In this document: piece by piece, positions 1 to 7,928 of the stretch | Layout of the letters: every line of letters starts with the position of its first letter | Numbering within the stretch: the stretch's first letter is position 1 | DNA from: Terracidiphilus sp. | GTDB taxonomy: Bacteria > Acidobacteriota > Terriglobia > Terriglobales > Acidobacteriaceae | Direction: 5' to 3' | NCBI GenBank assembly: GCA_049522735.1 | Contig: JBEKNO010000001.1 | Coordinates: 1 to 42,412, forward strand | Length of the DNA: 42,412 bases | Position numbers and translations under genes: made by a program | The notes under the pieces: model-generated | Told to the model about the DNA's origin: nothing | What the model saw: only the letters and a program-made list of their open reading frames with translations | Database searches by the model: none

Positions 1-194
1 TCGCCGCTGTATGCGCGAAATCTACGCCATCCTGAGCCGGTTTCTATCCCCATCGGGCTTCATCGGCGCGCTGACGACCATGCAGTCCGCTTGAAATAGC
101 CTTTTTCAGGATCAACTATCTAGGCAACGAATTTATCTCGTCAACTGCGCTAAAAACAGTGGGATTTTGGCATTTTCAGGGTGATTTTGCTCTG

Positions 195-247
195 AAAAAC
201 CCCTGTTTTTGGCCTAAAAACGCCTGTTTTTGACCCAAAAATGACCC
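195..247. repeat. 21-bp tandem repeat with phased A5/T5 tracts
   Basis: aaaaacccctgtttttggcct (195-215), aaaaacgcctgtttttgaccc (216-236), partial third unit from 237. Confidence 0.75.
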
Positions 248-293
248 ATTGTTGCCCTTATTATCTTTTAGAATCAACGACTTAGGCGGAATT

Positions 294-361
294 GGGGGGT
301 AGGGGGGTAGGGGGAGAAGCAGGGATTAGGGGATAGGGAATAGGGAATAGGGAATAGGGGG
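294..361 (+). repeat. G-rich tract plus (TAGGGAA)n heptamer array
   Basis: ggggggtaggggggtaggggg followed by gcagggattaggggatagggaatagggaatagggaataggg. Confidence 0.85.
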
Positions 362-535
362 CCGGTAAAGCTACGCTTTCCCGACTCCTTCATTGTGCGC
401 TGGCTGAGGGTTATTTTCGGCAAAGAGCGCGATTTATGGCATCCCACCCGGCTGCGAAAGGACTGCGGATTGTTGGAGCGCCGGGCATTAAAAAGTTGTG
501 ACCGTACCTATTTTTCTTGCCTCAGGGAAAATAAT

Positions 536-550
536 GGGACATAAAGTCTC
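536..550. promoter_or_regulatory. Candidate autoregulatory operator of the HTH-methyltransferase
   Basis: Quasi-palindrome GGGACATAAAGTCTC just upstream of the HTH-MTase ORF; resembles the 15-bp M.SsoII operator AGGACAAATTGTCCT. Confidence 0.4.
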
Positions 551-591
551 CTTAGATGCCCAGTCTGCTTTTGCCATTCTGACCAGAGCCT

Positions 592-888
592 TTGAATCTT
601 CTAGTGAAGGTTCGTAAACATCTTACCCAGCGCGTGCTTGCAGAAAAGCTGGACGTGAACAGAAAAACCATTTCGCGCTGGGAAAACCGCCAGATCCCCT
701 TGCCTCTCTACGTCGAACCAGCACTCCGCGATATTCTTCGAGGAATCTGTGAAAAGCAATACCACGAGGCCTGCTTCACGTTTATCGACCTGTTCGCTGG
801 CATTGGAGGAATTCGCAAGGTTATGCGTCCCGAATCTTGTACTCCAACACCCTCAAAGATTTACGCTGATCTTGGAGTCAGGCGTTGA
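592..888 (+). pseudogene. dcm: Truncated XRE-HTH + C5-cytosine DNA methyltransferase (Dcm-like); homology ends near 820
   Basis: HTH LTQRVLAEKLDVNRKTISRWE, then MTase motif I FTFIDLFAGIGGIRK, then unrelated sequence and a stop; no PC catalytic motif. An upstream in-frame ATG (556) is cut off by TGA at 580. Confidence 0.8.
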
Positions 889-934
889 CCGAGCGAAGTA
901 TAGAATTACTTCGGTATCGGGGAGGAAGCAAGGT

Positions 935-1702
935 ATGCCAAAGCACGAAGGATGGTCACGAAAGCAGTTGATTGTCGCCCTGAAGCTCTACTGCGAGATT
1001 CCATTCGGCAGAATGCATGCACGGAACCCCGAGATTATTCGCTATGCCAAGCTGATTAAGCGGACTCCCTCTGCGCTAGCAATGAAATTGACGAATTTCG
1101 CCAGTTTCGATCCTGAGATCAGATCAAGCGGGCGCAGGGGGCTGAGCGGTGCATCTCATGCGGACAGAGAGATTTGGGAAGAGATGACCTCGGATTGGCC
1201 TCGACTTGCAAAAGAAATTGCCAAGGTCGAATCGCAGGTCAGGGGCGAGCCGGCACCAGATTATGAATCAGAACGTGACGCCGCGAGCTATGTGGGTGAG
1301 ACGAGAAGCGCCATAGTGCAGGCCCGAATCGGTCAGAGCTTTTTTCGGAGGGCCGTACTAAGCGCCTACGAGTTCAAATGCTGCATTACAGGACTCCCGA
1401 TTCCAGAACTCCTCGTAGCGAGCCACATCATCCCTTGGCGGGAGGACAGGGCCAATCGGCTCAATCCAAGGAATGGCCTCTGCCTCTCGGCCGTTCATGA
1501 TCGCGCTTTTGATCTCGGGTTCATCGCCGTCTCCGAAGACCTATGCATCCTGCTCTCGGCTAGGCTCCGTCGGATGAAGCCGGACCCATATATAAATAAC
1601 ACCTTCTGCATTTATGAAGGGCGGCCGATAAACCTTCCAAAGAAGTTCTCACCGGATGCTGGATTTATCAAGCGCCATCGTGAAAATGTGTTTCGTGGAT
1701 GA
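935..1702 (+). CDS. HNH endonuclease, putative restriction enzyme with a helical N-terminal domain
   Basis: ARIGQSFFRRAVLSAY..CCITG..LLVASHIIPW..NPRNGLCLSAVHDRAFDLG HNH signature; GGAGGA at 921-926 favours ATG 935 over the 749 start. Confidence 0.88.
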   Translation: MPKHEGWSRKQLIVALKLYCEIPFGRMHARNPEIIRYAKLIKRTPSALAMKLTNFASFDPEIRSSGRRGLSGASHADREIWEEMTSDWPRLAKEIAKVESQVRGEPAPDYESERDAASYVGETRSAIVQARIGQSFFRRAVLSAYEFKCCITGLPIPELLVASHIIPWREDRANRLNPRNGLCLSAVHDRAFDLGFIAVSEDLCILLSARLRRMKPDPYINNTFCIYEGRPINLPKKFSPDAGFIKRHRENVFRG

Positions 1703-2061
1703 AGGGAGAAAACATGAATGTCGAGTTCCAATATCGATATCGCGACTTCGGCAACTTTAAAAGATACGGCTCAGTCGTCTTCGGGAATGAGAGTGGCCTG
1801 CTGATCGATGATATCAGTCGGTCTCTGCTCCAGCTAACCGGCGACGACGAGACCTTTGCTGCATTTCGATTGGGAATTCCAGAGATATTTTTTACTGATT
1901 TCCCCTACAACCCTAGTCTCGACTGGGAAATGCACGAGTATTGCGGGGTATCCCCGACAGACCTACCGATCAACGACGCGCAAGGGCGAGATATTGGGGA
2001 TCTACTTTCGCGTATGAAAGCAATTGCTGAGGGTAGATTGGAGGCGGCAAAGAGCTTCTAG
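1699..2061 (+). CDS. Hypothetical protein (YRDxGNFK motif)
   Basis: 120-aa ORF overlapping the HNH stop (ATGA); protein-like composition; a slightly downstream ATG (MNVEF) is also possible. Confidence 0.7.
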   Translation: MKGENMNVEFQYRYRDFGNFKRYGSVVFGNESGLLIDDISRSLLQLTGDDETFAAFRLGIPEIFFTDFPYNPSLDWEMHEYCGVSPTDLPINDAQGRDIGDLLSRMKAIAEGRLEAAKSF

Positions 2062-2070
2062 CCGGGGCTC

Positions 2071-2491
2071 CGGACTTGCCTTGGAGAATCATCTGGAAGA
2101 CCTGTTTGGAATCTGCAAAGTTCGCTATCAGCGCGCAGCAATCACAGAAGGTCACTCACAGCCAGACTTCCTATTCCCCGGACAGGAGCAGTATAGAGAC
2201 AAGAGGTTTAATGCCCTTCATTTGACAATGCTCGGTGTTAAGAGCACATGTAAAGATCGCTGGCGCCAAGTATTAGCTGAAGCAGAACGAATCAAACGAA
2301 AACACCTATTCACACTCGAAACTTCCATCAGTGTGAACCAGACAAACGAAATGCAGGCAAATCTATTACAACTCATCGTCCCCAATAGCCTGCAAAATAC
2401 GTACAGCAATACGCAAAGAGCATGGCTTCTTGACCTGGCAGGATTCATATCTTTGGTCCGAAAGAGACAGGTGAATGCGGGGCTCGCGTGA
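2071..2491 (+). pseudogene. C-terminal fragment of an EcoRII-family type II restriction endonuclease
   Basis: GLALENHLE..PDFLFPG..LTMLGVKSTCKDRWRQVLAEAERIKRKHLFTLE is the EcoRII-C signature; N-terminal part and a credible start are missing. Confidence 0.82.
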
Positions 2492-2901
2492 TGGTTGATG
2501 TTCACACACCTGAACAGAGAAGCCGCAATATGGCTGCGATACGAGGGAAAGACACTAAACCTGAGATTTTCGTCAGAACCCTGCTCCATTCGTTGGGATA
2601 CCGCTTCAGGCTTCATCGTAAAAACCTCCCTGGTAAACCGGACATTGTTTTGCCAAAGCACAAAGCGGTCATATTTGCGCATGGTTGTTTCTGGCATTGT
2701 CATAATTGTCGCTTCGGAAGAGTTCAGCCTGCTACCCGATCCGAGTTCTGGACCGCTAAAAGATTGTCGAACGTAGAACGTGATCGCAGAAACAAGGCAG
2801 CCCTTAAAACCCTTGGGTGGCGTGTGATGGTGGTCTGGGAATGCGAAGTGAAAAATCTAGAGAAGATTAAAGCGAGACTGTTCCGCTTTCTCGAAGAGTA
2901 A
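2488..2901 (+). CDS. vsr: Very-short-patch repair endonuclease
   Basis: DVHTPEQRSRNMAAIRGKDTKPE, LPGKPDIV, FAHGCFWHCH, LGWRVMVVWEC. Confidence 0.95.
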   Translation: MMVDVHTPEQRSRNMAAIRGKDTKPEIFVRTLLHSLGYRFRLHRKNLPGKPDIVLPKHKAVIFAHGCFWHCHNCRFGRVQPATRSEFWTAKRLSNVERDRRNKAALKTLGWRVMVVWECEVKNLEKIKARLFRFLEE

Positions 2902-3015
2902 GCTCTACATACCCAATTCGTCAGTTTGGATTCTCGATTAACGCATCATCTCCGATGCACTCACGGATATTCCGAGGTTCATGAAGTCTTTCTATCCCTG
3001 CCTGCTTGCCACTTG

Positions 3016-4047
3016 CTATCTCCATCGAAAGATGCGCAGAGAGAGCGCGAACGGCACAACGAACCACGCCAGCAGTATCCCCACCGGAACCATCAACTGC
3101 CCCAGGTTCATCCCTTGCAGCATATTGCCGCGCAGCGCATCGATGGCCGCCGTCAGCGGCAGCGCCCGCACCAGCGGCTGAATCACCGCCGGAAAGCGGG
3201 TCGCTGAAAAGAACACTCCCGACAAAATCCACATGGGAAGCATGACCAGGTTCATCAGTCCCGAAACAGCTTCCATGGTCCTGGCCCGCGAAGCCACCAG
3301 CAGGCCAAGCGCGGAAAAGACCAGCGAAGTCAGCACGCACAGAAAACCCAGTTTCCACAGCGAGCCGCGAAACGGCACTCCAAAGGCCAGCCGCGCAAAG
3401 CCCAGAAACACCGCAACCTCGATGACCAGCATGGCCAGCCGCGACAGCAGAAACGAGGCCAGATACTGCCAGCGCGGCATGGGCGAAGCCACCAGCCGCT
3501 TGAGCAGCTTCTTCTGCCGGGCCTCTACAATCGCAAAGCCCAGCCCCCACATCGCCGAACCCATCAGGTTCATGCCCAGCAGGCCCGGCACTACAAAGTC
3601 GATATACCGCGCCCCCGTCTCATGCACCGGCACATTCTCGACGCGCACCGCCTCAGGTTGTCCCGCCGCCGCCTGAATGGCTCTATCCACCAGCAGCCGC
3701 GCCGTGCGCGCATCGGGATTGGTGTCGTCGTACTTGTACGCCACACCGTCCGGCCTCTGGATGGCCAGCAGCAGAATGCCTCCGGTAGCCAACGCCCTGG
3801 TTCCGGTCGCCTCGTCCATGGTGGTCGCCGTCAGCCCCTTGTCCGCGGCCAGCGCCTGCGTCAACTGCGTTGTGGTCGCGCCCACCGGCAGCACATCCGC
3901 CGGCCGGTTGCGGAAGGCAATCCCCAGCCCCACCGCCAGCAGAATGGGAAAGATGAAGATCCAGAAAATCGCCTCCGGCTCGCGCAAAATCAGCCAAAAC
4001 CGCACCAAAGTCAACTGGTACAGGCTGCTCAGTTGCAACTTATTCAT
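3016..4047 (-). CDS. ABC-2 type exporter permease
   Basis: REPEAIFWIFIFP first TM, extracytoplasmic loop, RYIDFVVPG, LSGVFFS; overlaps the ATPase stop. Confidence 0.92.
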   Translation of the reverse strand: MNKLQLSSLYQLTLVRFWLILREPEAIFWIFIFPILLAVGLGIAFRNRPADVLPVGATTTQLTQALAADKGLTATTMDEATGTRALATGGILLLAIQRPDGVAYKYDDTNPDARTARLLVDRAIQAAAGQPEAVRVENVPVHETGARYIDFVVPGLLGMNLMGSAMWGLGFAIVEARQKKLLKRLVASPMPRWQYLASFLLSRLAMLVIEVAVFLGFARLAFGVPFRGSLWKLGFLCVLTSLVFSALGLLVASRARTMEAVSGLMNLVMLPMWILSGVFFSATRFPAVIQPLVRALPLTAAIDALRGNMLQGMNLGQLMVPVGILLAWFVVPFALSLRIFRWR

Positions 4048-5047
4048 CGCGCAGATTCCTTCCCGTCAGCAGCACAAACACGTCCTCGAGCGATGCCGAG
4101 TGGGTGCGAAACTCGCTCAGATGCAGCCCCTGGCTTTTCAGCGCGGCAAAGATTTGCGGCACCGCCGTATGCAGCTCGCTCACTGAAAGCTGATGCAGCC
4201 CCGCATCCGCGCGGTGCGACTGCACGCTGGGAATTGCCGTCAACGCGCCCAAATCCACCGCGCCATGGACGGCCTCATCTCCGTCCGTCACGTGACTGCT
4301 CACGGCGAACTCCACAATGTCTTCCCCGCCCACCGTCGAAATCAGTTGCTGCGGAGTCCCCAGCGCGATCACCTGTCCATGATCCATAATCGCCACGCGG
4401 TCGCACAGTTGTTCCGCTTCCTCCATATAGTGCGTGGTCAGAATGATGGTCCGTCCCGACTGCTTCAGCCCCTCCACCAGGTCCCACAAGTGGCGCCGCG
4501 CCTGCGGATCGAGTCCCGTTGTAGGCTCATCCAGAAACAGCAGCTCCGGATTTCCCACCAGCGCGCAAGCCATGGCCAGCCGTTGCTTTTGCCCGCCCGA
4601 GAGCGAGCCCACGCGCGCCCTGCGCTTTTCTTCGAGCTGCGCCGTGCTGATCAACTCCTCCACCGTTATCCCGCGCCTGTAAAAACTTCGGAAGAGCCGC
4701 AGCGTCTCCACCACCGTCAGCTTCTCAGGAAACTGCGTCTCCTGCAGTTGAATCCCGATGCGCTGCCGCAGCTCTTGCGCGCTGCTGTGCCAGTTCAGCC
4801 CCAGCAATTCCACCGTCCCGGCATCGGGCGCCGTCAGCCCTTCGCAAATCTCAATGGTGGTTGTCTTCCCCGCCCCATTCGGCCCCAGCAGCCCAAAACA
4901 CTCGCCCCGCGCCACCTCCAGGTCCAGCCCATCCACCGCCTGCACATCGCCGAAGGCCTTCCTCAGCCCGCGCAGCCGCAACGAAGGACCGTCCCCGCGC
5001 GCTTCTGGCCCGGCAGCCGGCAAATGATTGTTTATCCCATCCGTCAT
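4040..5047 (-). CDS. ABC exporter ATP-binding protein
   Basis: Walker A GPNGAGKTT, LSGGQKQR, LFLDEPTTGLD, TTHYMEEA. Confidence 0.96.
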   Translation of the reverse strand: MTDGINNHLPAAGPEARGDGPSLRLRGLRKAFGDVQAVDGLDLEVARGECFGLLGPNGAGKTTTIEICEGLTAPDAGTVELLGLNWHSSAQELRQRIGIQLQETQFPEKLTVVETLRLFRSFYRRGITVEELISTAQLEEKRRARVGSLSGGQKQRLAMACALVGNPELLFLDEPTTGLDPQARRHLWDLVEGLKQSGRTIILTTHYMEEAEQLCDRVAIMDHGQVIALGTPQQLISTVGGEDIVEFAVSSHVTDGDEAVHGAVDLGALTAIPSVQSHRADAGLHQLSVSELHTAVPQIFAALKSQGLHLSEFRTHSASLEDVFVLLTGRNLRDE

Positions 5048-5119
5048 CGCCCCAGACTACCGCATTTTCAATACAACTCGTTGAATAAATGCCAACGCCA
5101 ACCGACCAACAAATGCACC

Positions 5120-5160
5120 GTGCCCCATCCTTTCGCCTTTTTTCTGGCGAAAGGGTGGGA
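5120..5160 (+). repeat. REP-like element, GTGCCCCA..TGGGA family
   Basis: gtgccccatcctttcgccttttttctggcgaaagggtggga; identical to 42179-42219. Confidence 0.9.
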
Positions 5161-5205
5161 TACCAAGAAGTTTCCTCTATCTGTCATTACAGGTAAACTG
5201 GAACC

Positions 5206-6456
5206 ATGGCGGAGATTCAGCGCAGGAAAACACCCACAGTCAGGATCGGTGACGTTCGCGTCGGCTGGGAGGTTCCCGTCACCGTGCAATCCATGACCAA
5301 CACCGACACGGCCGACATCCCCGGCACCATCCAGCAGGTTGCGGCCCTGGCGCTCGTCGGCTCTGAGATCGTGCGCGTCACGGTCAACAACGAAGACGCT
5401 GCCGCCGCCGTTCCGCACATCGTCGAAGGCCTGGAAAAGCGCGGTCTCCGTGTTCCCATCGTGGGCGACTTCCACTACAACGGCCACCTGCTGCTCAAAA
5501 AGTTCCCCGCCGCCGCGCGCGCCCTGGCCAAGTACCGCATCAACCCCGGCAACGCGTCCATCGGCAAGAAAGACAACGACAATTTTCAGGTCATGGTCGA
5601 GTGCGCGGCCGAAAACCAGAAGCCCGTCCGCATCGGCGTCAACTGGGGCTCGCTCGATCAATCTCTCTTAACCCGCATGATGGACGAGAACAGCCGCCGG
5701 CCCAACCCGCTGCCCGCCCGCGACGTGATGATGGAAGCTATGATTGTCAGCGCGCTCGACTCAGCCCAAGCCGCCGAGCGCTACGGCCTGCGCCACGACC
5801 AGATCATCCTCTCCGCCAAAGTCTCCGGCGTCCGCGACCTCATCGACGTCTACACGGCCCTCGCTGCCCGCTGCGACTACGCCCTGCACCTCGGCCTGAC
5901 TGAAGCCGGCATGGGCGCCAAGGGTCTGATCGCCTCTACCGCCGGCCTGGCGCCGCTGCTGCTGGCCGGCATCGGCGACACCATTCGCGTAAGCCTGACG
6001 CCCAAACCCGGCGGCGAACGGACAGAAGAAGTTTTAGCCGCGCAGCAGATTCTGCAATCTCTCTCCATTCGCAGCTTCATGCCCCAGGTCACCAGTTGCC
6101 CCGGCTGCGGCCGGACTACCAGCACATATTTTCAGGAATTGGCCGAGCAGATCCAGAGCTACCTGCGCACCCAAATGCCTGAGTGGCGCAAGAAATACAC
6201 TGGCGTCGAAGAGCTGAAGCTGGCCGTTATGGGCTGCGTCGTCAACGGCCCCGGCGAATCCAAGCACGCCAATCTCGGAATCAGTTTACCCGGCGCCTTC
6301 GAAGAGCCCAAGGCTCCCGTCTACGTAGACGGCAAACTCTACGCCACCCTCCGCGGCGACACGATCGTGGCTGAATTCAAGCAGATTCTCGACCGTTACG
6401 TGGAGAGCCACTACGGGCAGGAGGCAAAGAGCGGAGCCCCGGCCGGCGCACATTGA
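5206..6456 (+). CDS. ispG: (E)-4-hydroxy-3-methylbut-2-enyl-diphosphate synthase
   Basis: [59 protein letters not shown]. Confidence 0.97.
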   Translation: MAEIQRRKTPTVRIGDVRVGWEVPVTVQSMTNTDTADIPGTIQQVAALALVGSEIVRVTVNNEDAAAAVPHIVEGLEKRGLRVPIVGDFHYNGHLLLKKFPAAARALAKYRINPGNASIGKKDNDNFQVMVECAAENQKPVRIGVNWGSLDQSLLTRMMDENSRRPNPLPARDVMMEAMIVSALDSAQAAERYGLRHDQIILSAKVSGVRDLIDVYTALAARCDYALHLGLTEAGMGAKGLIASTAGLAPLLLAGIGDTIRVSLTPKPGGERTEEVLAAQQILQSLSIRSFMPQVTSCPGCGRTTSTYFQELAEQIQSYLRTQMPEWRKKYTGVEELKLAVMGCVVNGPGESKHANLGISLPGAFEEPKAPVYVDGKLYATLRGDTIVAEFKQILDRYVESHYGQEAKSGAPAGAH

Positions 6457-6512
6457 GAAGCAGCCCATTTCAGGGTGTAATCTCGCGCACTACTCGTAAA
6501 AATCGCCGCCGC

Positions 6513-6543
6513 GTGCCATAGGTCTCGCCGTTGTGACCTGGGA
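6513..6543 (+). repeat. Degenerate REP-like element
   Basis: gtgccataggtctcgccgttgtgacctggga resembles gtgccccaggtctc..gagacctggga at 22949. Confidence 0.6.
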
Positions 6544-6639
6544 AACTTCGAATCTCGTTCTGTAACTGCGCTCATTTACAAAATGGGAGATTCGGTCTAT
6601 CGTCGAGCGCGGAAAGAAATAAACCAGGGGAGGGAGATC

Positions 6640-7206
6640 ATGCACAAAGCATTCGTGTTCGCAGTATGCTGCCTTTTGATGAGCGCAGCGGCGGTAGCGC
6701 AAAAAGGCGCAGTGGCCGGCCACCAGCAACAGCCGGCTGCTACCTCCAAGACAACAGGCGACTTCAATCTTGCCAATCGATTCAGCGTGGAGATCGATGG
6801 CGTCTCTGTGGCGGGCGTGCACTCCATCGAAAATCTGAAAGCGTTTGTAACAGAGGCCCGAGGGCAACAGGCGCAGAGTAGCATTTCTACATACAAAGAT
6901 GGAGAGGACGGAGTCAATCGTACGCGTCCGGGCAACCATAAGCCGGGAAAGATCGTGCTGACCAAGGATTGGTCCAACACGCTGGAGTGGGCCCATTGGA
7001 GACAGAATGTGGCCGATGGCAAGACGGATCGCAGGTCCGTGTCGATCATCTTTCATGACGACGCCGGAGTCGAGACGGGCCGCATGAATTTCTATAACTG
7101 CTGGCCGGTCAAGCACACCCTGCCGTCGTCTGCCGAAATGAAATCCAGGCATGCTGCGGAGACGATCGAGTTGTCCTATGACCGGCTCGATTGGAAAGGG
7201 AAATAG
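6640..7206 (+). CDS. T4 gp19-like / eCIS-type tail tube protein with a predicted Sec signal peptide
   Basis: RFSVEIDG, YKDGED..RPG..KPGKIVLTK, EW..WRQ.V.DGKTDRRSVSIIFHDDAG, FYNCWP, ETIELSYD; N-terminus MHKAFVFAVCCLLMSAAAVA|Q; GGAGGGAG before ATG 6640. Confidence 0.85.
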   Translation: MHKAFVFAVCCLLMSAAAVAQKGAVAGHQQQPAATSKTTGDFNLANRFSVEIDGVSVAGVHSIENLKAFVTEARGQQAQSSISTYKDGEDGVNRTRPGNHKPGKIVLTKDWSNTLEWAHWRQNVADGKTDRRSVSIIFHDDAGVETGRMNFYNCWPVKHTLPSSAEMKSRHAAETIELSYDRLDWKGK

Positions 7207-7242
7207 GAGCGAACGGCCTGCGTTCCCTGACGTCATCGCGAA

Positions 7243-7845
7243 ATGGAATCATGCCGGATTCAATGGCGGGACTTTCCCGGACGCGCAAATCGGCGTACCC
7301 TCGTGGCAGTTCTTCCTGTGAATCGCTTTGCGCACCTTCGTGTACTGATTGCGGTGCTGGCTCTTACACTTCCGCCAGCCGCCTACGCCGTTGCGCCCAA
7401 GACCTGCGTTCCCGCCGACGAAGCCTCTAAACTCCTCAATAAAGACGTCTGCGTCACCGTGCATGTCTATGACGTGGTTCAACTTCCCGACGGAACCCGT
7501 TTCCTCGACGTGTGCACGCCCCAGACCCCAGATGAAGCCTGCCGCTTCACCATTATGAGCCTGTGGGAAGACCACGATGAGGTCGGCGAATTGCGTAAAT
7601 ACCGCGATATGGACGTGCAGGTTCGCGGCATTGTGCAGCCCATGCATGGCCGCGCCGGGATGCTCGTCAGCCATGCCCGCCAGTTCTACGGCGGCCCGCC
7701 CAAATTCAAGCCCAACCCCAAGCTCGTCCGCGGCTTCAACGCCGAGCAGAGCCGTCCTCCGGTTAACGACCCCAACCTGCGCTCGCAGGGAGGGCGGCGC
7801 GCATTTATGAATACCCGCGACCAGGAAACGCGGCCGGCGAAGTAG
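7243..7845 (+). CDS. Exported protein, probable OB-fold; start probably downstream (e.g. GTG 7318)
   Basis: Signal-like LRVLIAVLALTLPPAAYA; EA...LNKDVCVTVHV..V, FLD, RFT, VQVRGIV pattern typical of OB-fold proteins. Confidence 0.7.
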   Translation: MESCRIQWRDFPGRANRRTLVAVLPVNRFAHLRVLIAVLALTLPPAAYAVAPKTCVPADEASKLLNKDVCVTVHVYDVVQLPDGTRFLDVCTPQTPDEACRFTIMSLWEDHDEVGELRKYRDMDVQVRGIVQPMHGRAGMLVSHARQFYGGPPKFKPNPKLVRGFNAEQSRPPVNDPNLRSQGGRRAFMNTRDQETRPAK

Positions 7846-7872
7846 ATAGATAAATGACAAGAACTGTATATA

Positions 7873-7916
7873 TCCCACCTTAGGCGCGATGAAGCAGCGC
7901 CGAAGGTGGGGCACCC
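7873..7916 (-). repeat. REP-like element
   Basis: tcccaccttaggcgc..gcgccgaaggtggggcaccc hairpin between convergent genes. Confidence 0.85.
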
Positions 7917-7928
7917 GGTTTGGTGGGA

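Noticed and set aside
1-99. 3' end of an upstream CDS
   Set aside because: Two frames are open (stops at 92-94 and 97-99) and neither is recognisable
820-891. GTTATGC at the MTase junction plus a weak hairpin, as a possible integron attC/cassette boundary
   Set aside because: No convincing RYYYAAC..GTTRRRY pair with L boxes at either end of the insert, and no integrase
749-934. N-terminal extension of the HNH ORF
   Set aside because: It overlaps the MTase remnant in another frame; the SD and the domain start support ATG 935
2024-2491. 155-aa ORF as an intact restriction enzyme
   Set aside because: Its N-terminus is borrowed from the overlapping gene with no SD, and most of EcoRII is missing
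6457-7900. Prophage, eCIS or T6SS locus
   Set aside because: Only one tube-like gene is present; no sheath, baseplate, capsid or integrase in the window
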